64,000 nt of DNA from Promethearchaeota archaeon (GTDB taxonomy: Archaea > Asgardarchaeota > Lokiarchaeia > Sigyniarchaeales > SOKP01). Position 1 is the stretch's first letter, and the number at the start of each line of letters is the position of its first letter. The notes under the pieces were generated by a model that saw only the letters and a program-made list of their open reading frames with translations, had not been told where the DNA came from and did not search any database. The position numbers and the translations under genes were made by a program. Below are positions 10,600 through 20,826 of the stretch, in pieces. The stretch covers positions 1 through 64,000 of the forward strand of contig JAHPZE010000013.1 of assembly GCA_019058365.1 (NCBI GenBank), in the 5' to 3' direction.

Positions 10600-11697
10600 T
10601 TAAAAAATACTCTTATCCCCAATTATCACATTATCCTTGCTGATATTTTCGACTTTTACATTACTCCCAATAATTGAGTTTTGTGAAATTATATTGTTAA
10701 GATGAGCTCTTTCTTCGATAACACAATTTTCTAAAATACAATTTTCAATACTTGATTGATCACCTATTGAAACGTATGGTCCAATTACAGAATTTATGAT
10801 TTTTGCATTCGATCCTATAAAAACAGGATTTTTTAGGTGTGATCTTTCAACTGTAATTTTAAATTTCTGAAAATCTTCAGAACTAATAGAATTTTGTTTT
10901 AATAAATATCTATTCCCTCTTAATAGTTCAGAAGGTCTTCCAAAGTCTAATATTCCTTGCTTTAGTTCTACAGCGGCGATCTTATAACCTTGATCCACTA
11001 GATCCTGTAAACTTTCTGTCATATAAACTTCTTTAGGATTATTGGGCCTCTGATCCAGATATTTTTTTATATTTTTAAAAAGCGATATTGTTGCAGTTTT
11101 AGAAAATGAATATATTCCCGCAATAGCTAAATCAGATATAAAGTCTTTAGGTTTTTCAACAAGTTCTTTGATTAAATTATTGCTGTCTACTACTACTACT
11201 CCATAAGAACTAGCATCCTCTTTTGGTATTTTCATGACGGTTATTATTCCATCTACATCGGATTCCCAATATTTGTAAAGCAAATATGAATATTCATCAA
11301 TGGGTATCATATCACCTAGGAAAATAAGAGATCCCTCTCTTTTATCTTGGTCTAGACTTTTCATTTTTGTTTCTTTGAATCTATTATGTGCTAAATAGAC
11401 CGCTTCACCTAAACCCCAATAATAAGGTATGCCTTCTTTGTATCCTCTTGGAAATTGTTCAACAAATGTTAATTTAAATTTATCACTATAATGATTTTTG
11501 ATATATTCCATTATTTGCTGCTTTTTATAACCCACAATTAAAATTAATTCAGTATCAGAATCAAATGTATTACTGAATTTAAGAAGAATATGGTCTAAGA
11601 CAGTTTTACCCGCAACCGTTAAGAATGCTTTTGGTTTGCTTAAGGTAAATGGACGTAATCTTGAACCAGTACCAGCAATAGGGCCAATTATTTTCAT
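10600..11697 (-). CDS. Sugar-phosphate nucleotidyltransferase (glucose-1-phosphate thymidylyltransferase-like) with C-terminal beta-helix
   Basis: AGTGSRLRPFT..KPK, ELVEKP, hexapeptide repeats; start set at MKIIG. Confidence 0.9.
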   Translation of the reverse strand: MKIIGPIAGTGSRLRPFTLSKPKAFLTVAGKTVLDHILLKFSNTFDSDTELILIVGYKKQQIMEYIKNHYSDKFKLTFVEQFPRGYKEGIPYYWGLGEAVYLAHNRFKETKMKSLDQDKREGSLIFLGDMIPIDEYSYLLYKYWESDVDGIITVMKIPKEDASSYGVVVVDSNNLIKELVEKPKDFISDLAIAGIYSFSKTATISLFKNIKKYLDQRPNNPKEVYMTESLQDLVDQGYKIAAVELKQGILDFGRPSELLRGNRYLLKQNSISSEDFQKFKITVERSHLKNPVFIGSNAKIINSVIGPYVSIGDQSSIENCILENCVIEERAHLNNIISQNSIIGSNVKVENISKDNVIIGDKSIF

Positions 11698-11719
11698 TTT
11701 TTTTTCAAGTTTGATCGAT

Positions 11720-12496
11720 TTAATAGAATTTAGATTTATCAGAATCAAAAATTCTTTGTAAATATCCAAATAGTAGTTCTAAACCTTTTTCTTCCTTGGT
11801 TGAGCAAGGGATTAATTCTGAAGTCGAACCTAATTGAATGAAAACATCTGAAATTAACATTGATAATTCTCTAATTAATCCCTTCTCACGTTCATTCGTA
11901 GAATCCTCTAGAGCTCGAAAATCTTGGCTCCAATTAACAATCATATCGATTTGATCTTCATCTAATAGATCTACTTTAGAGAGCACATTTATCTGGGAAA
12001 TATTTTTAAATCGGAATTGGACGGAGGCAGCAAGTAATAATGTGGAAATAAATCCATTTGGTCTAAGTACAAAATTTGAATCAAAAAGAAAGGTAACTGC
12101 TCTTTGAATGGAACCAAAACCTAAAGTACTTGCTATTAATGGACCCGTTTCTCTAAAAGCAAAAAGTTCTAATTGTCCTGCAGTATCTACAAATATCCAA
12201 TCTGGATTATAGTCATCAATTTCATCTTTTAAATCATCAAGATAATTCACCATTAAATCTGAGGCGAGAATCATCGCTCCATTTGGTCCTAAACTATATT
12301 TTTCCATGACTTCCTCAAGTACAATATAATCTCGTATATCAATATCAGGCTGGTAGGGCATTAATTTTACCCCTGGATCTAAATTTAACGAAATTGCAGA
12401 GATTTCAGGATCCCTATTCACAATATAGTCTCTTATATCTCCAGTAAGAGTACTTTTTCCACTTCCTGCAGTACCTATGAAGTAATTTAATAAAAT
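11720..12496 (-). CDS. GPN-loop GTPase, probable ATT start
   Basis: Frame extends upstream of the called GTG to include Walker A GTAGSGKST; NLDP, LGPNG, DTAGQ.E, SKVD. Confidence 0.9.
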   Translation of the reverse strand: MLLNYFIGTAGSGKSTLTGDIRDYIVNRDPEISAISLNLDPGVKLMPYQPDIDIRDYIVLEEVMEKYSLGPNGAMILASDLMVNYLDDLKDEIDDYNPDWIFVDTAGQLELFAFRETGPLIASTLGFGSIQRAVTFLFDSNFVLRPNGFISTLLLAASVQFRFKNISQINVLSKVDLLDEDQIDMIVNWSQDFRALEDSTNEREKGLIRELSMLISDVFIQLGSTSELIPCSTKEEKGLELLFGYLQRIFDSDKSKFY

Positions 12497-12637
12497 TTTG
12501 TTTAACCTCGGTTTAATTGTGTTTTTTAAGTTGCAAATTATGGTGAATAGTCAAAGATTTCTCATAAAGTAATAGCTTTTATCTCTTATAGAGTTGATAA
12601 TAAATATAGTTTTTATGATCAAATAAAATTTTATTAA

Positions 12638-13606
12638 TTATTCTGGTTGTTTCAAATTTTCTAAATGAATTTCGTTATCCTCTTGTTTTTTAAGTCTTCT
12701 AATTTGGTTTTTAATAGCTTCTTTTTCTTTTTTCTTTAAGTCTTCATCATTAGGTCTCATTGCATTTAATTCTTCTTCAGATAATGGTTTTAGTATACTT
12801 CGAATAGTAAATTCTGAATTTCTTTCTATGTTTTCTTTAAAGATTGATTTCATCTCTCTGATAACCATTAATTTGCTAGGAGATATCTGCCCTTGAATTA
12901 AAGCAGGCTTAGTTGGAAGTTTAATTCTCTCAATTCCGGGTTCAGATCCTCTCCTATTTGGAACTGAAGGAATATACTGAATGGTACTATGTGATGTATT
13001 TTGAAAAGAGAAAGATAAGTTCTGTAAGGCTTGCTCTATTCTTTTTAATGTCTTATTACCTTCACTTATTAATAACGTTAGAGAATCTTCTTCGGAAGAT
13101 TTTTCTATTTTACTCTTTTGATAAAGTAAAGTTCTTTTTTCTGTATTCTCATGGACACTAGTTTTTATTTCCTGGAATATTTTCTCCTGAGTGATTTTAC
13201 CTTTAATTCTTCCTTTTAATTGTAAATCTTCAAATTCAAACCCATTATAACAATCATCATTAACCCAAATATCAGAGATTTTGAAACTTTCTTCAAAATG
13301 ATATTGAAATCTTTGACCAGAAAATAGAAAAATTGATAATCTTAGAATTTTAATATGCAATCCCTCAGTATTTTTCAATTCATCTAGTTCGATAGAAAAT
13401 GATAAAGTTTCAGAGGAGTGATATAATCTTTTAATGGCAATTAGATATGGGGGTTGATTATGAGGAAGCTCTTGTTTTGAAATTTCAAATTGCATTGTTA
13501 ATCGTTTTATTTTTTCGGGAAGAAATAAAACTTGTTCTTTTTTATTTTTTTTAAATTCTAAAAATAATTTATTACGGTCGTCCCAAAAAACTTGGAACAA
13601 TTCCAT
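12638..13606 (-). CDS. Hypothetical protein with charged C-terminal helices
   Basis: 322-aa ORF; no family recognised. Confidence 0.65.
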   Translation of the reverse strand: MELFQVFWDDRNKLFLEFKKNKKEQVLFLPEKIKRLTMQFEISKQELPHNQPPYLIAIKRLYHSSETLSFSIELDELKNTEGLHIKILRLSIFLFSGQRFQYHFEESFKISDIWVNDDCYNGFEFEDLQLKGRIKGKITQEKIFQEIKTSVHENTEKRTLLYQKSKIEKSSEEDSLTLLISEGNKTLKRIEQALQNLSFSFQNTSHSTIQYIPSVPNRRGSEPGIERIKLPTKPALIQGQISPSKLMVIREMKSIFKENIERNSEFTIRSILKPLSEEELNAMRPNDEDLKKKEKEAIKNQIRRLKKQEDNEIHLENLKQPE

Positions 13607-13761
13607 TTTGATTTTAACCCTTTAGGTGTGTGATTTTTAATTACAATTTGAAATATCTACAAATTAAATTCAATCTTTAATTTAAAATATGGCGAGTTAA
13701 TCAATTTAATGATTTACTTCAACAAAGTGATGAAAAAAAGTGTAATAAATTGTATATATAG

Positions 13762-14160
13762 CTATTTGGATTCTTTTAACTTTGATAAATAATATATGGG
13801 CTTTTTCAATTTTTTATTAAAATATTCTATCTCCTCTCTTGAGTGGTCTCCAATATAACCATTAACATCTAAAATTAAAATAGCATCTTGATATTGTAAT
13901 TTATTTAAAGCAATCTTTTGTAGGATATCCCATTCTTTAGTAGAAAACTTGTTTTTGTTTATAAGACCATCGATAGAACAAATAGAAACTAACTTATTAT
14001 ATATTATTTGTAAAATTGATTCGATTTTTATAAAATAATCTTTAAATCTTATAGATCCTACTAAATAGATTTTATTTTCATTAATACTTGAGAAATCGTA
14101 TTCTTTGAACTCTTCCAAGAACTTCTTATTTAATCGCCCTTTTTCCATATCCTTCTCCAA
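13762..14160 (-). CDS. Small nucleoside 2-deoxyribosyltransferase-like (flavodoxin-fold) protein
   Basis: IYLVGS.RF...DAILILDVNGYIG..SREEIEY....KPIYY. Confidence 0.55.
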   Translation of the reverse strand: MEKDMEKGRLNKKFLEEFKEYDFSSINENKIYLVGSIRFKDYFIKIESILQIIYNKLVSICSIDGLINKNKFSTKEWDILQKIALNKLQYQDAILILDVNGYIGDHSREEIEYFNKKLKKPIYYLSKLKESK

Positions 14161-14317
14161 ATTTAATAAAAATTTACTTCTTCATCTTAAAGAAAATTTA
14201 ACAATTATGTCACATAGATATTACATAATTTTTTACGCGTTTATTAGACATAATTAACCAGTTAAAATACTTGAATTTTTTTTTTCTGAATAAAATTACT
14301 TAAACTTAATAGTTCCA

Positions 14318-17300
14318 ATGGCAAGCGAAACAATTAATTATAAGACTATTTCAAAAGAAGAAATATTTGGAATTTTTCAAAATGCTATTTTGGAAGGCGT
14401 AAAAAAAGAATATCATCATAAAATAAAAATTGGAAAACCAATAAAATCAAAGTATTTAATTATTGAAAGTGATCCAGAAGCATATACAAGAAGTAAAATT
14501 GAACCCTGTCTTAAAAAAATTCTTCCAAAAGTTAATTTTCATTCTGAAATTCATAAGAGAACTAGTTTAGGGAATTTAAAGAAGCCAGATGGATTTATCC
14601 CTTCTCAAGATGTTATCACTACTAATAATTTGCTTATTGAATGGGAACCATTTAATGAAGATCTTAGAATTAAAAAAGATCATGGAATAAATCAAGCAAA
14701 AACTTGGATTTCAGATATAAATATTGGATATCAACACAATGCTTTAGTGACAAATGGTCGGGAATGGGTCTTGATCACAACAAAAAAGATGCAAGATGAA
14801 ATTAGAGTTATTGAGCAAGATATAACTGTGAAAGAAGCATTGGAATTAATAGAGAATGTCTATAATGGTGAAAAAATTCAAGAAAAACCTTTAGAGGTAG
14901 CTATTGATATAACAGAAAAATTTTACAATTGGTATGTTGCTTTAATTCATGGAGGAGAATATATTGATAAGGATAATAAAAGGAAAATTATAACCAAAGA
15001 AGAATGCCTTATTAACAATGTACTGAACGCTTCAACAAAAAAAGAAAAAGAAGATTTTATTAGATTAAATTTCACTCGATTAATTTTCATAAGAATATTG
15101 ACAGAATACGGAATAATAAGGAATGATACCCTTAATGATTTGAAAAATACTGAACCTGAAAATTTTTATAGTCGGATCAATCAATTGTATTTTGAAAGTC
15201 TGAATACACCATTAAAAGAAAGAGAAAATATTCCAAGAACTTATTATAATATCCCTTTTTTAAATGGTGATTTATTTAGAATTAAACCTATTGATAGAAA
15301 GGGTTTAAAAATTCGGCGAAAATCATTTATCCAAGCTATTCAATTTTTGAGAACATTTCATTTTAAAAAAGAATATGAAGATATTCAAAATAATTTTAAG
15401 ATTGATAATACAATTGATCCTGAAATTTTAGGTCATGTTTTAGAAAAAACAATAGAGGATAGAAAACAAAGTGGTGTATATTATACTCCACAAGCTATAA
15501 CCGAATTTATGTCTGAAGAGGTTATTAAAAATTATATAAAAAAAAGATTTATTGAGTTTTTAAAAGAAAGTCAAGATTCACAATGGAAATATATTGAGAA
15601 ATTTGAAGATATCTATGATATCCAGAAGATAATTTTAAAGAAATTTTATAATAAAATTATTAAAAATATAAAGATTTGTGACCCAGCTGTGGGATCAGGA
15701 GCATTTCTCTTGAGTTGTGGTAACTTTCTTTTTCAAATAAGAAAAAAAATTATGGAAAAATTAGGTATCCTGAAAGATGATTATTCAATCAAAAAAGAAA
15801 TCATACAGGATAATTTATATGGTGTAGATATCAAAGAAGCAGCTATTGATATATGTAAATTAAGATTATGGTTATGGATAATTCAAAAGCAAGAGCCAGA
15901 ACCTTTACCTAATATTGATTTTAATATAAGAAAAGGAAATTCTTTAATAGGATATACCAATACTGAAACGATTAAAATAGATATTGAGGATATTAGCTCT
16001 TGGATTAAAAAAGCAGATCTAACTGAAATCTTCATGGAACGGAATAAATACATAAGAAATTATTATACAATTAAAGATCCTTCTGAACAAAAAAAACTTA
16101 AAGATAAAATTGATGTTATTACAAATGATTTTAATAATAAATTGAATGAAGCAATAAAAAATGATTTAAGTAAAGAAAAAATAATTATAAAATCATTTGA
16201 TATTTCAGATCTTAACTTTTTCCATTGGATTATGGAATTTTCTAAGGTTTTCGAAAGAAATAACGGATTTGATATTATAATTGGGAATCCCCCTTACTTT
16301 AGAATAACTTTTGCTCCAAAACTTGAACAAAAATTAATTGGAAAGTTAGGAATTTTAAAAAAATATCATCATGGACAAGGTGATATTTATTATGATTTTA
16401 TTGTTCGCTGTTTTGAATTATTAAAAGATGGAGGGGATTTTATTTTTATAACATCACGTTATTGGTTAGAATCTGCATATGCTAATTATTTAAAAAAGTT
16501 TCTTAAAGAAAAAGTAAATCTTGTAAAGATAATCGATTTTCGAGAAAATCTCATTTTTAAGGGTGTTGATATTCATAACTCAATACTTTATTACACTAAA
16601 GAGAATCCAACTGATTTCAATAATGAGTTTAGAGCTTATATATTCAATGAAAATCTTACTCATATAGTCAATACTCAAAATCTGGCTGAATGTTTAGAAG
16701 ATCTGGGTAATTTTAACATAAATGAATGGGATAATAATGAAAATTGGGCATTTGTATCAAAAATATATAATGAACTTTTTTTAAAAATCAAACGAATTAA
16801 AACCAAATTAGGAGATGATTATAATTGTAATCAATATACAAATTCATTTAGAAAAAAAAATAAGCCTATTTTAATATTTGAGAATAAGCCTAGTACTTTA
16901 CCTGAAGAATTTTTACGAAATTATCGTAAGATGGGTGAAGTTAAAAACTTTATTGTAGATCCCTTATTAATTAAATTTGTTATAGTCATTCATAATATAG
17001 AAAAAGCTTGGAATAACAAGCAATTAAATCAATATTTTTTATCAAATGAAATATCAAAATCAGATTTATTTGAGATTAAGAGAAACAGTGATAAAAATAT
17101 AGATAAATATGATGAAGTTATTTATATTGGTTATCGAATTCCAAGATTATTTTTCAATTTTACATATGTAGATGATAAAACTTGGGTTGATAATACTTAT
17201 TTTATTACCAAAAAGAAAGCAACAGCCTTTTCTTTGAAATATTTAATTGCTGTTCTTAATTCAGAATTAATGAAATATTATATTGATATTGTAGGAAAGA

Positions 17301-17575
17301 AAAAAGAAAATGAAATTGAGATAGGGGCAATATTTTTAAAAAATTTACCCATTATTCTACGAAGAGGATCTCTGAATGCGTTTAAAAATCAAACAATTAA
17401 GAAAATTGAAAATCTTGTTTCAGAAACTATTATATTAGAAAAAAAGAATGGAAAGATGGATGAAAAATTAGAGCTTTTAAATAAATTAGTATATAATTTA
17501 TATGATATCACAGAAGAAGAGAGGAGATTAATAAAAGATTACGTTTATAAAACAATATCAAACTTATATTATTAA
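14318..17575 (+). CDS. Type IIG-like fused restriction-modification enzyme (Eco57I/TaqI-like adenine MTase)
   Basis: N-terminal PDG..IEW / LVTNG.EW nuclease-like region; FLNG.LF, GVYYTP, DPAVGSGAFL, FDIIIGNPPY; C-terminal target-recognition domain. Confidence 0.9.
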   Translation: MASETINYKTISKEEIFGIFQNAILEGVKKEYHHKIKIGKPIKSKYLIIESDPEAYTRSKIEPCLKKILPKVNFHSEIHKRTSLGNLKKPDGFIPSQDVITTNNLLIEWEPFNEDLRIKKDHGINQAKTWISDINIGYQHNALVTNGREWVLITTKKMQDEIRVIEQDITVKEALELIENVYNGEKIQEKPLEVAIDITEKFYNWYVALIHGGEYIDKDNKRKIITKEECLINNVLNASTKKEKEDFIRLNFTRLIFIRILTEYGIIRNDTLNDLKNTEPENFYSRINQLYFESLNTPLKERENIPRTYYNIPFLNGDLFRIKPIDRKGLKIRRKSFIQAIQFLRTFHFKKEYEDIQNNFKIDNTIDPEILGHVLEKTIEDRKQSGVYYTPQAITEFMSEEVIKNYIKKRFIEFLKESQDSQWKYIEKFEDIYDIQKIILKKFYNKIIKNIKICDPAVGSGAFLLSCGNFLFQIRKKIMEKLGILKDDYSIKKEIIQDNLYGVDIKEAAIDICKLRLWLWIIQKQEPEPLPNIDFNIRKGNSLIGYTNTETIKIDIEDISSWIKKADLTEIFMERNKYIRNYYTIKDPSEQKKLKDKIDVITNDFNNKLNEAIKNDLSKEKIIIKSFDISDLNFFHWIMEFSKVFERNNGFDIIIGNPPYFRITFAPKLEQKLIGKLGILKKYHHGQGDIYYDFIVRCFELLKDGGDFIFITSRYWLESAYANYLKKFLKEKVNLVKIIDFRENLIFKGVDIHNSILYYTKENPTDFNNEFRAYIFNENLTHIVNTQNLAECLEDLGNFNINEWDNNENWAFVSKIYNELFLKIKRIKTKLGDDYNCNQYTNSFRKKNKPILIFENKPSTLPEEFLRNYRKMGEVKNFIVDPLLIKFVIVIHNIEKAWNNKQLNQYFLSNEISKSDLFEIKRNSDKNIDKYDEVIYIGYRIPRLFFNFTYVDDKTWVDNTYFITKKKATAFSLKYLIAVLNSELMKYYIDIVGKKKENEIEIGAIFLKNLPIILRRGSLNAFKNQTIKKIENLVSETIILEKKNGKMDEKLELLNKLVYNLYDITEEERRLIKDYVYKTISNLYY

Positions 17576-17753
17576 ATAATAATCTTAGAGAATAGAGTAA
17601 CCGAAATAAAATATTACTTCTTTCAGTTTTATAATAATTAGAATTACCTTACTATTTAATTCCAAGAGATCTTATGGGATACATAATTTTTTATCAAAAA
17701 AAGATCACCCTCTTTATGTTTTTATTGGTTTTAATCAATTAATATGTTATAAT

Positions 17754-18947
17754 ATGGATGCTTATTCTGATATTTCAAAAAAAAAATTCCACGGAGGGTT
17801 TCCTCCAAATGTTAAGGTAATTAAGGAGAACTTTACAATAAGAGTTATCTCAGAGATCAAAGCTGAAGATCAAATATATATTGATTCATCATTAACAGAT
17901 CAAGTTCAAAATGTTAAAAAATTTATGTACAGGGGGAGAATCAAAGTTTTTAAGTGTGCTGGTCAAGTTCTTAAAATAAAATCCCTAGAAGATCAATCAT
18001 TTTATGCTATAAGAAAAGAAATACGTGATAATTGTCGTAAAAAGTATGGTAAGATGAGGGTTAATGTTATAGAACAAAATGTTGAGATTCTTAAGGGTAA
18101 CCAATTAAAAAAGGGGGATCTACTACTAATTCCAAAACATAATCAAAGAAATAATAATTATAAACTAAGAACAAGAGATTTCGTAAGTACAATTTCAAAT
18201 TATATTCGTAATGAAATTCCTGAAATCTTAAATTTTACAAAAGAACTCTTTAGATGGTTTGGATATTATCTGGCTGAAGGAATGGTATTGTTTACATCTA
18301 ATAAAAGATATGAGAAAAAGTGTAGAGGGATTTCTTTTACTATAAATATTAATGAAAAAAAATTAGCAAAAGAAATTGTCTGTATTGGGGAAAAAGTATT
18401 TAGTATTAAACCTAGACTAATTAAAATAATTGATAGCCATGCATATCGCATTAATTTTTATAGTACGCAATTAGGGGAATTAATATATTGCTTATTTAAT
18501 ACTGGTTCCTCAAAAAAAAGAATTCATAATTATTTAATATCAGCTCCAAATGACTTATTAAAAGAACTTATAAATGGATGGCTAAAAGGCGATGGTTGGG
18601 TTTGCAATACCAAAGATGTGGTTATTGGAAATACAACATCTATTGAATTAGCGAACCAATTCTATTTAATTTTGATTAATTTGGGAGAGTTACCTGCATT
18701 AGGCATATCTGCTCATAAAAATCAAAATAGAAAAAAAGCAAGAGAATTAGGTTATTACTTAAGGCATAATCTTTATAATATTCGTCTATATAAAAATAAA
18801 AATAGGAGTCATAGAAAACAAAATAAAAGTTATGTATTTTCTCCAATATTAGACATAAATTGCAAATTTTATGAAGGTTATATCTACAACTTAGAATTGC
18901 AAAATAGTAAATCATTTCAAGCAAATTATGTATTAGTTAGATCATAA
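17754..18947 (+). CDS. Intein-derived LAGLIDADG homing endonuclease with degenerate splicing ends
   Basis: GFPPNVKV (block A without Cys1), GYYLAEG and GWLKGDG, YNLEL...SFQANYVLVRS-stop (block F/G without His-Asn). Confidence 0.8.
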   Translation: MDAYSDISKKKFHGGFPPNVKVIKENFTIRVISEIKAEDQIYIDSSLTDQVQNVKKFMYRGRIKVFKCAGQVLKIKSLEDQSFYAIRKEIRDNCRKKYGKMRVNVIEQNVEILKGNQLKKGDLLLIPKHNQRNNNYKLRTRDFVSTISNYIRNEIPEILNFTKELFRWFGYYLAEGMVLFTSNKRYEKKCRGISFTININEKKLAKEIVCIGEKVFSIKPRLIKIIDSHAYRINFYSTQLGELIYCLFNTGSSKKRIHNYLISAPNDLLKELINGWLKGDGWVCNTKDVVIGNTTSIELANQFYLILINLGELPALGISAHKNQNRKKARELGYYLRHNLYNIRLYKNKNRSHRKQNKSYVFSPILDINCKFYEGYIYNLELQNSKSFQANYVLVRS

Positions 18948-18965
18948 AGAAAATTACGAGTATAG

Positions 18966-19214
18966 GTTTTAATATTTATTTCTTTCCTCCTATTATCAAA
19001 AGAATACCTTGGTTATCCTACTCAGAAACCAGAAAAATTATTAGAACGTATTATTTTAGCCTCATCCAATGAAGGAGATCTTGTAGCAGACTTTTTTTGT
19101 GGAACAGGCACAACTATAGCTGTAGCAAACAAATTAAAAAGAAATTGGATTGGAGTAGATAACAATCCAAAAGCAATAGAGCTATGTAGAAAAAGGTTAT
19201 ATAATAATGATTAG
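18966..19214 (+). pseudogene. C-terminal remnant of a beta-class N4/N6 DNA methyltransferase
   Basis: Hand translation YPTQKPEKLLERIILASSNEGDLVADFFCGTGTT...WIGVD; same frame as the intein ORF but separated by stops at 18945 and 18963. Confidence 0.85.
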
Positions 19215-19224
19215 AACTTACAAA

Positions 19225-19602
19225 TTAATCTCTCTGGATTACTATTTTACTTAATCCAATCCAGTTTCTTGCATCCTCAAGATTATTTACTATTTTTCTT
19301 TTTGGAGAATCTGCCCTATCCAGTAAGATTTGAGCTTCTTTATCTAAAACGGGATTCCTAGCAACGATGTAAGCAGATCTTACTAACCTTTCATTATTCT
19401 TTTTTAGGAAATCCAAAACAATTTTAAATGATTTAAGATTCAGTATTATTAAATCTAATCCATCAACTATAACAGAGAAATTATTTAACCTTTTTGTACT
19501 TTCATTAAATTCAGTGATAAATCGCTCAGCAACAGAGGGGGGAAAAGTGCCTAATACTTTAATATAAAAATGGAAATCTCCAATTTTTTCGATTCGAAAC
19601 AT
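19225..19602 (-). CDS. STAS/SpoIIAA-like small protein
   Basis: Alpha/beta pattern, VIVD.LDL, RSAYIV, EDARNWI. Confidence 0.6.
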   Translation of the reverse strand: MFRIEKIGDFHFYIKVLGTFPPSVAERFITEFNESTKRLNNFSVIVDGLDLIILNLKSFKIVLDFLKKNNERLVRSAYIVARNPVLDKEAQILLDRADSPKRKIVNNLEDARNWIGLSKIVIQRD

Positions 19603-19902
19603 CTTAATAACTTTTATAATCTACTTAGATTCGATATTTAATATAAAACCTATATTAACTTTTAATATTTTATGGTTTTTATTCTCGCTCTTAGGTTTAT
19701 ATAATTGATTACTACCAAATGAACTTCCCTAAGAGTAGAAACTTTTAAATTTTCACCATAATGATCGTGAAATTATGAATCCGCTATTAATGAATCGTGT
19801 ACATTGGAAACCAAAAAATATATATAAGGAGTTTAGAGAAAAATTGTTATAATAAGAATATTGCTATTGAAAACACTACAAACCTGTAATTACATGCGAA
19901 GC

Positions 19903-20100
19903 TTATCCTAAAACTGAAGCATTTTTTATTCCTGTTACTTCATTTAATTTATATCTCTTCCAATCTTTTTTGGTACTTTTCCTTATCGTATTTTTACTCC
20001 CACATCCCTCACATAAAGATTTTTTTTCCCAATGAAAATATCCACATTTATCACAAACATATGGATATGTTATTTTAAATAAATCCCATTCTATTTTAAT
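19903..20100 (-). CDS. Small zinc-ribbon protein (65 aa), missed by the ORF track; probable ATT/ATA start
   Basis: YVCDKCG...LCEGCGS; GGAGGTG RBS 7 nt upstream of an in-frame ATT. Confidence 0.65.
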   Translation of the reverse strand: MKIEWDLFKITYPYVCDKCGYFHWEKKSLCEGCGSKNTIRKSTKKDWKRYKLNEVTGIKNASVLG

Positions 20101-20434
20101 AACACAACACCTCCGATTATAGATTCCTCATGAAAAACTAGAAAATCTATCCTAATTAATCGATTTATTAAATATAATAAGCAAAAACGATTGTTAAATT
20201 ACAAGAATGAACGATTTATGCGTTTAAACTTACTTTCAAAAGGTTTAATCTTAAAAAAATCTAATTAGAATAATAAATATTAAAATGATCGTGAAATCGG
20301 GCTTTCACGAAAATATTTAATCATAAAGAATTCAAAAAAATTAATAAAAGAGATTGAAATATCAATTTTCTCATTTCTAATTAATTTATTTTAATTTACC
20401 GAAAAAAATTTCATCGAATGCCTTGAAACAAATG

Positions 20435-20568
20435 TGGGGACTGGGGGATTTGAACCCCCGACCGACAGGTGTCCACGGAACAGCTTTTGCTTGTAGGATC
20501 TGGAGCCTGCTGTGCCACCGGGTTGTGCTTTCTAAGCGGTAATGCTTGGAAAACTACACCAAGTCCCC
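20435..20568 (-). tRNA. trnW: tRNA-Trp(CCA) with two introns (20553-20523 in the D loop; 20499-20471 at 37/38)
   Basis: Acceptor GGGGACT/AGTCCCC-A, D stem GTGT/GCAC, anticodon arm GCAGG-CTCCAGA-CCTGT, T arm GGGGG-TTCAAAT-CCCCC; removing 31+29 nt leaves a 74-nt cloverleaf. Confidence 0.93.
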
Positions 20569-20826
20569 TTTGAAAAGTTAATTTACTAAAGGAAATATGA
20601 AATTTATATTTTTTTCTAATCAATCTTAGACGTTTAATAAACAAGAAATAGTAAAATAACTTATTTAAAAAAATAAAAAGAAACTTTATATTTTTGCCCC
20701 CCAATTAGCACAATATTGAGTTGATTCTTTACTATAAAATTTTTGTAAGGATAAAAACCTAATTTTAAATAGTTTATTACCTTAAAGTGTTTCAAAAATA
20801 TTATTTTAAATTTTGGTGAAATCAGG

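Noticed and set aside
12638-13000. WH2-like actin-binding motif (IRSILKPL) in the hypothetical protein
   Set aside because: Too short and degenerate to support without a profile search.
20411-20704. 97-aa minus-strand ORF
   Set aside because: Overlaps the tRNA-Trp gene; low-complexity spurious translation.
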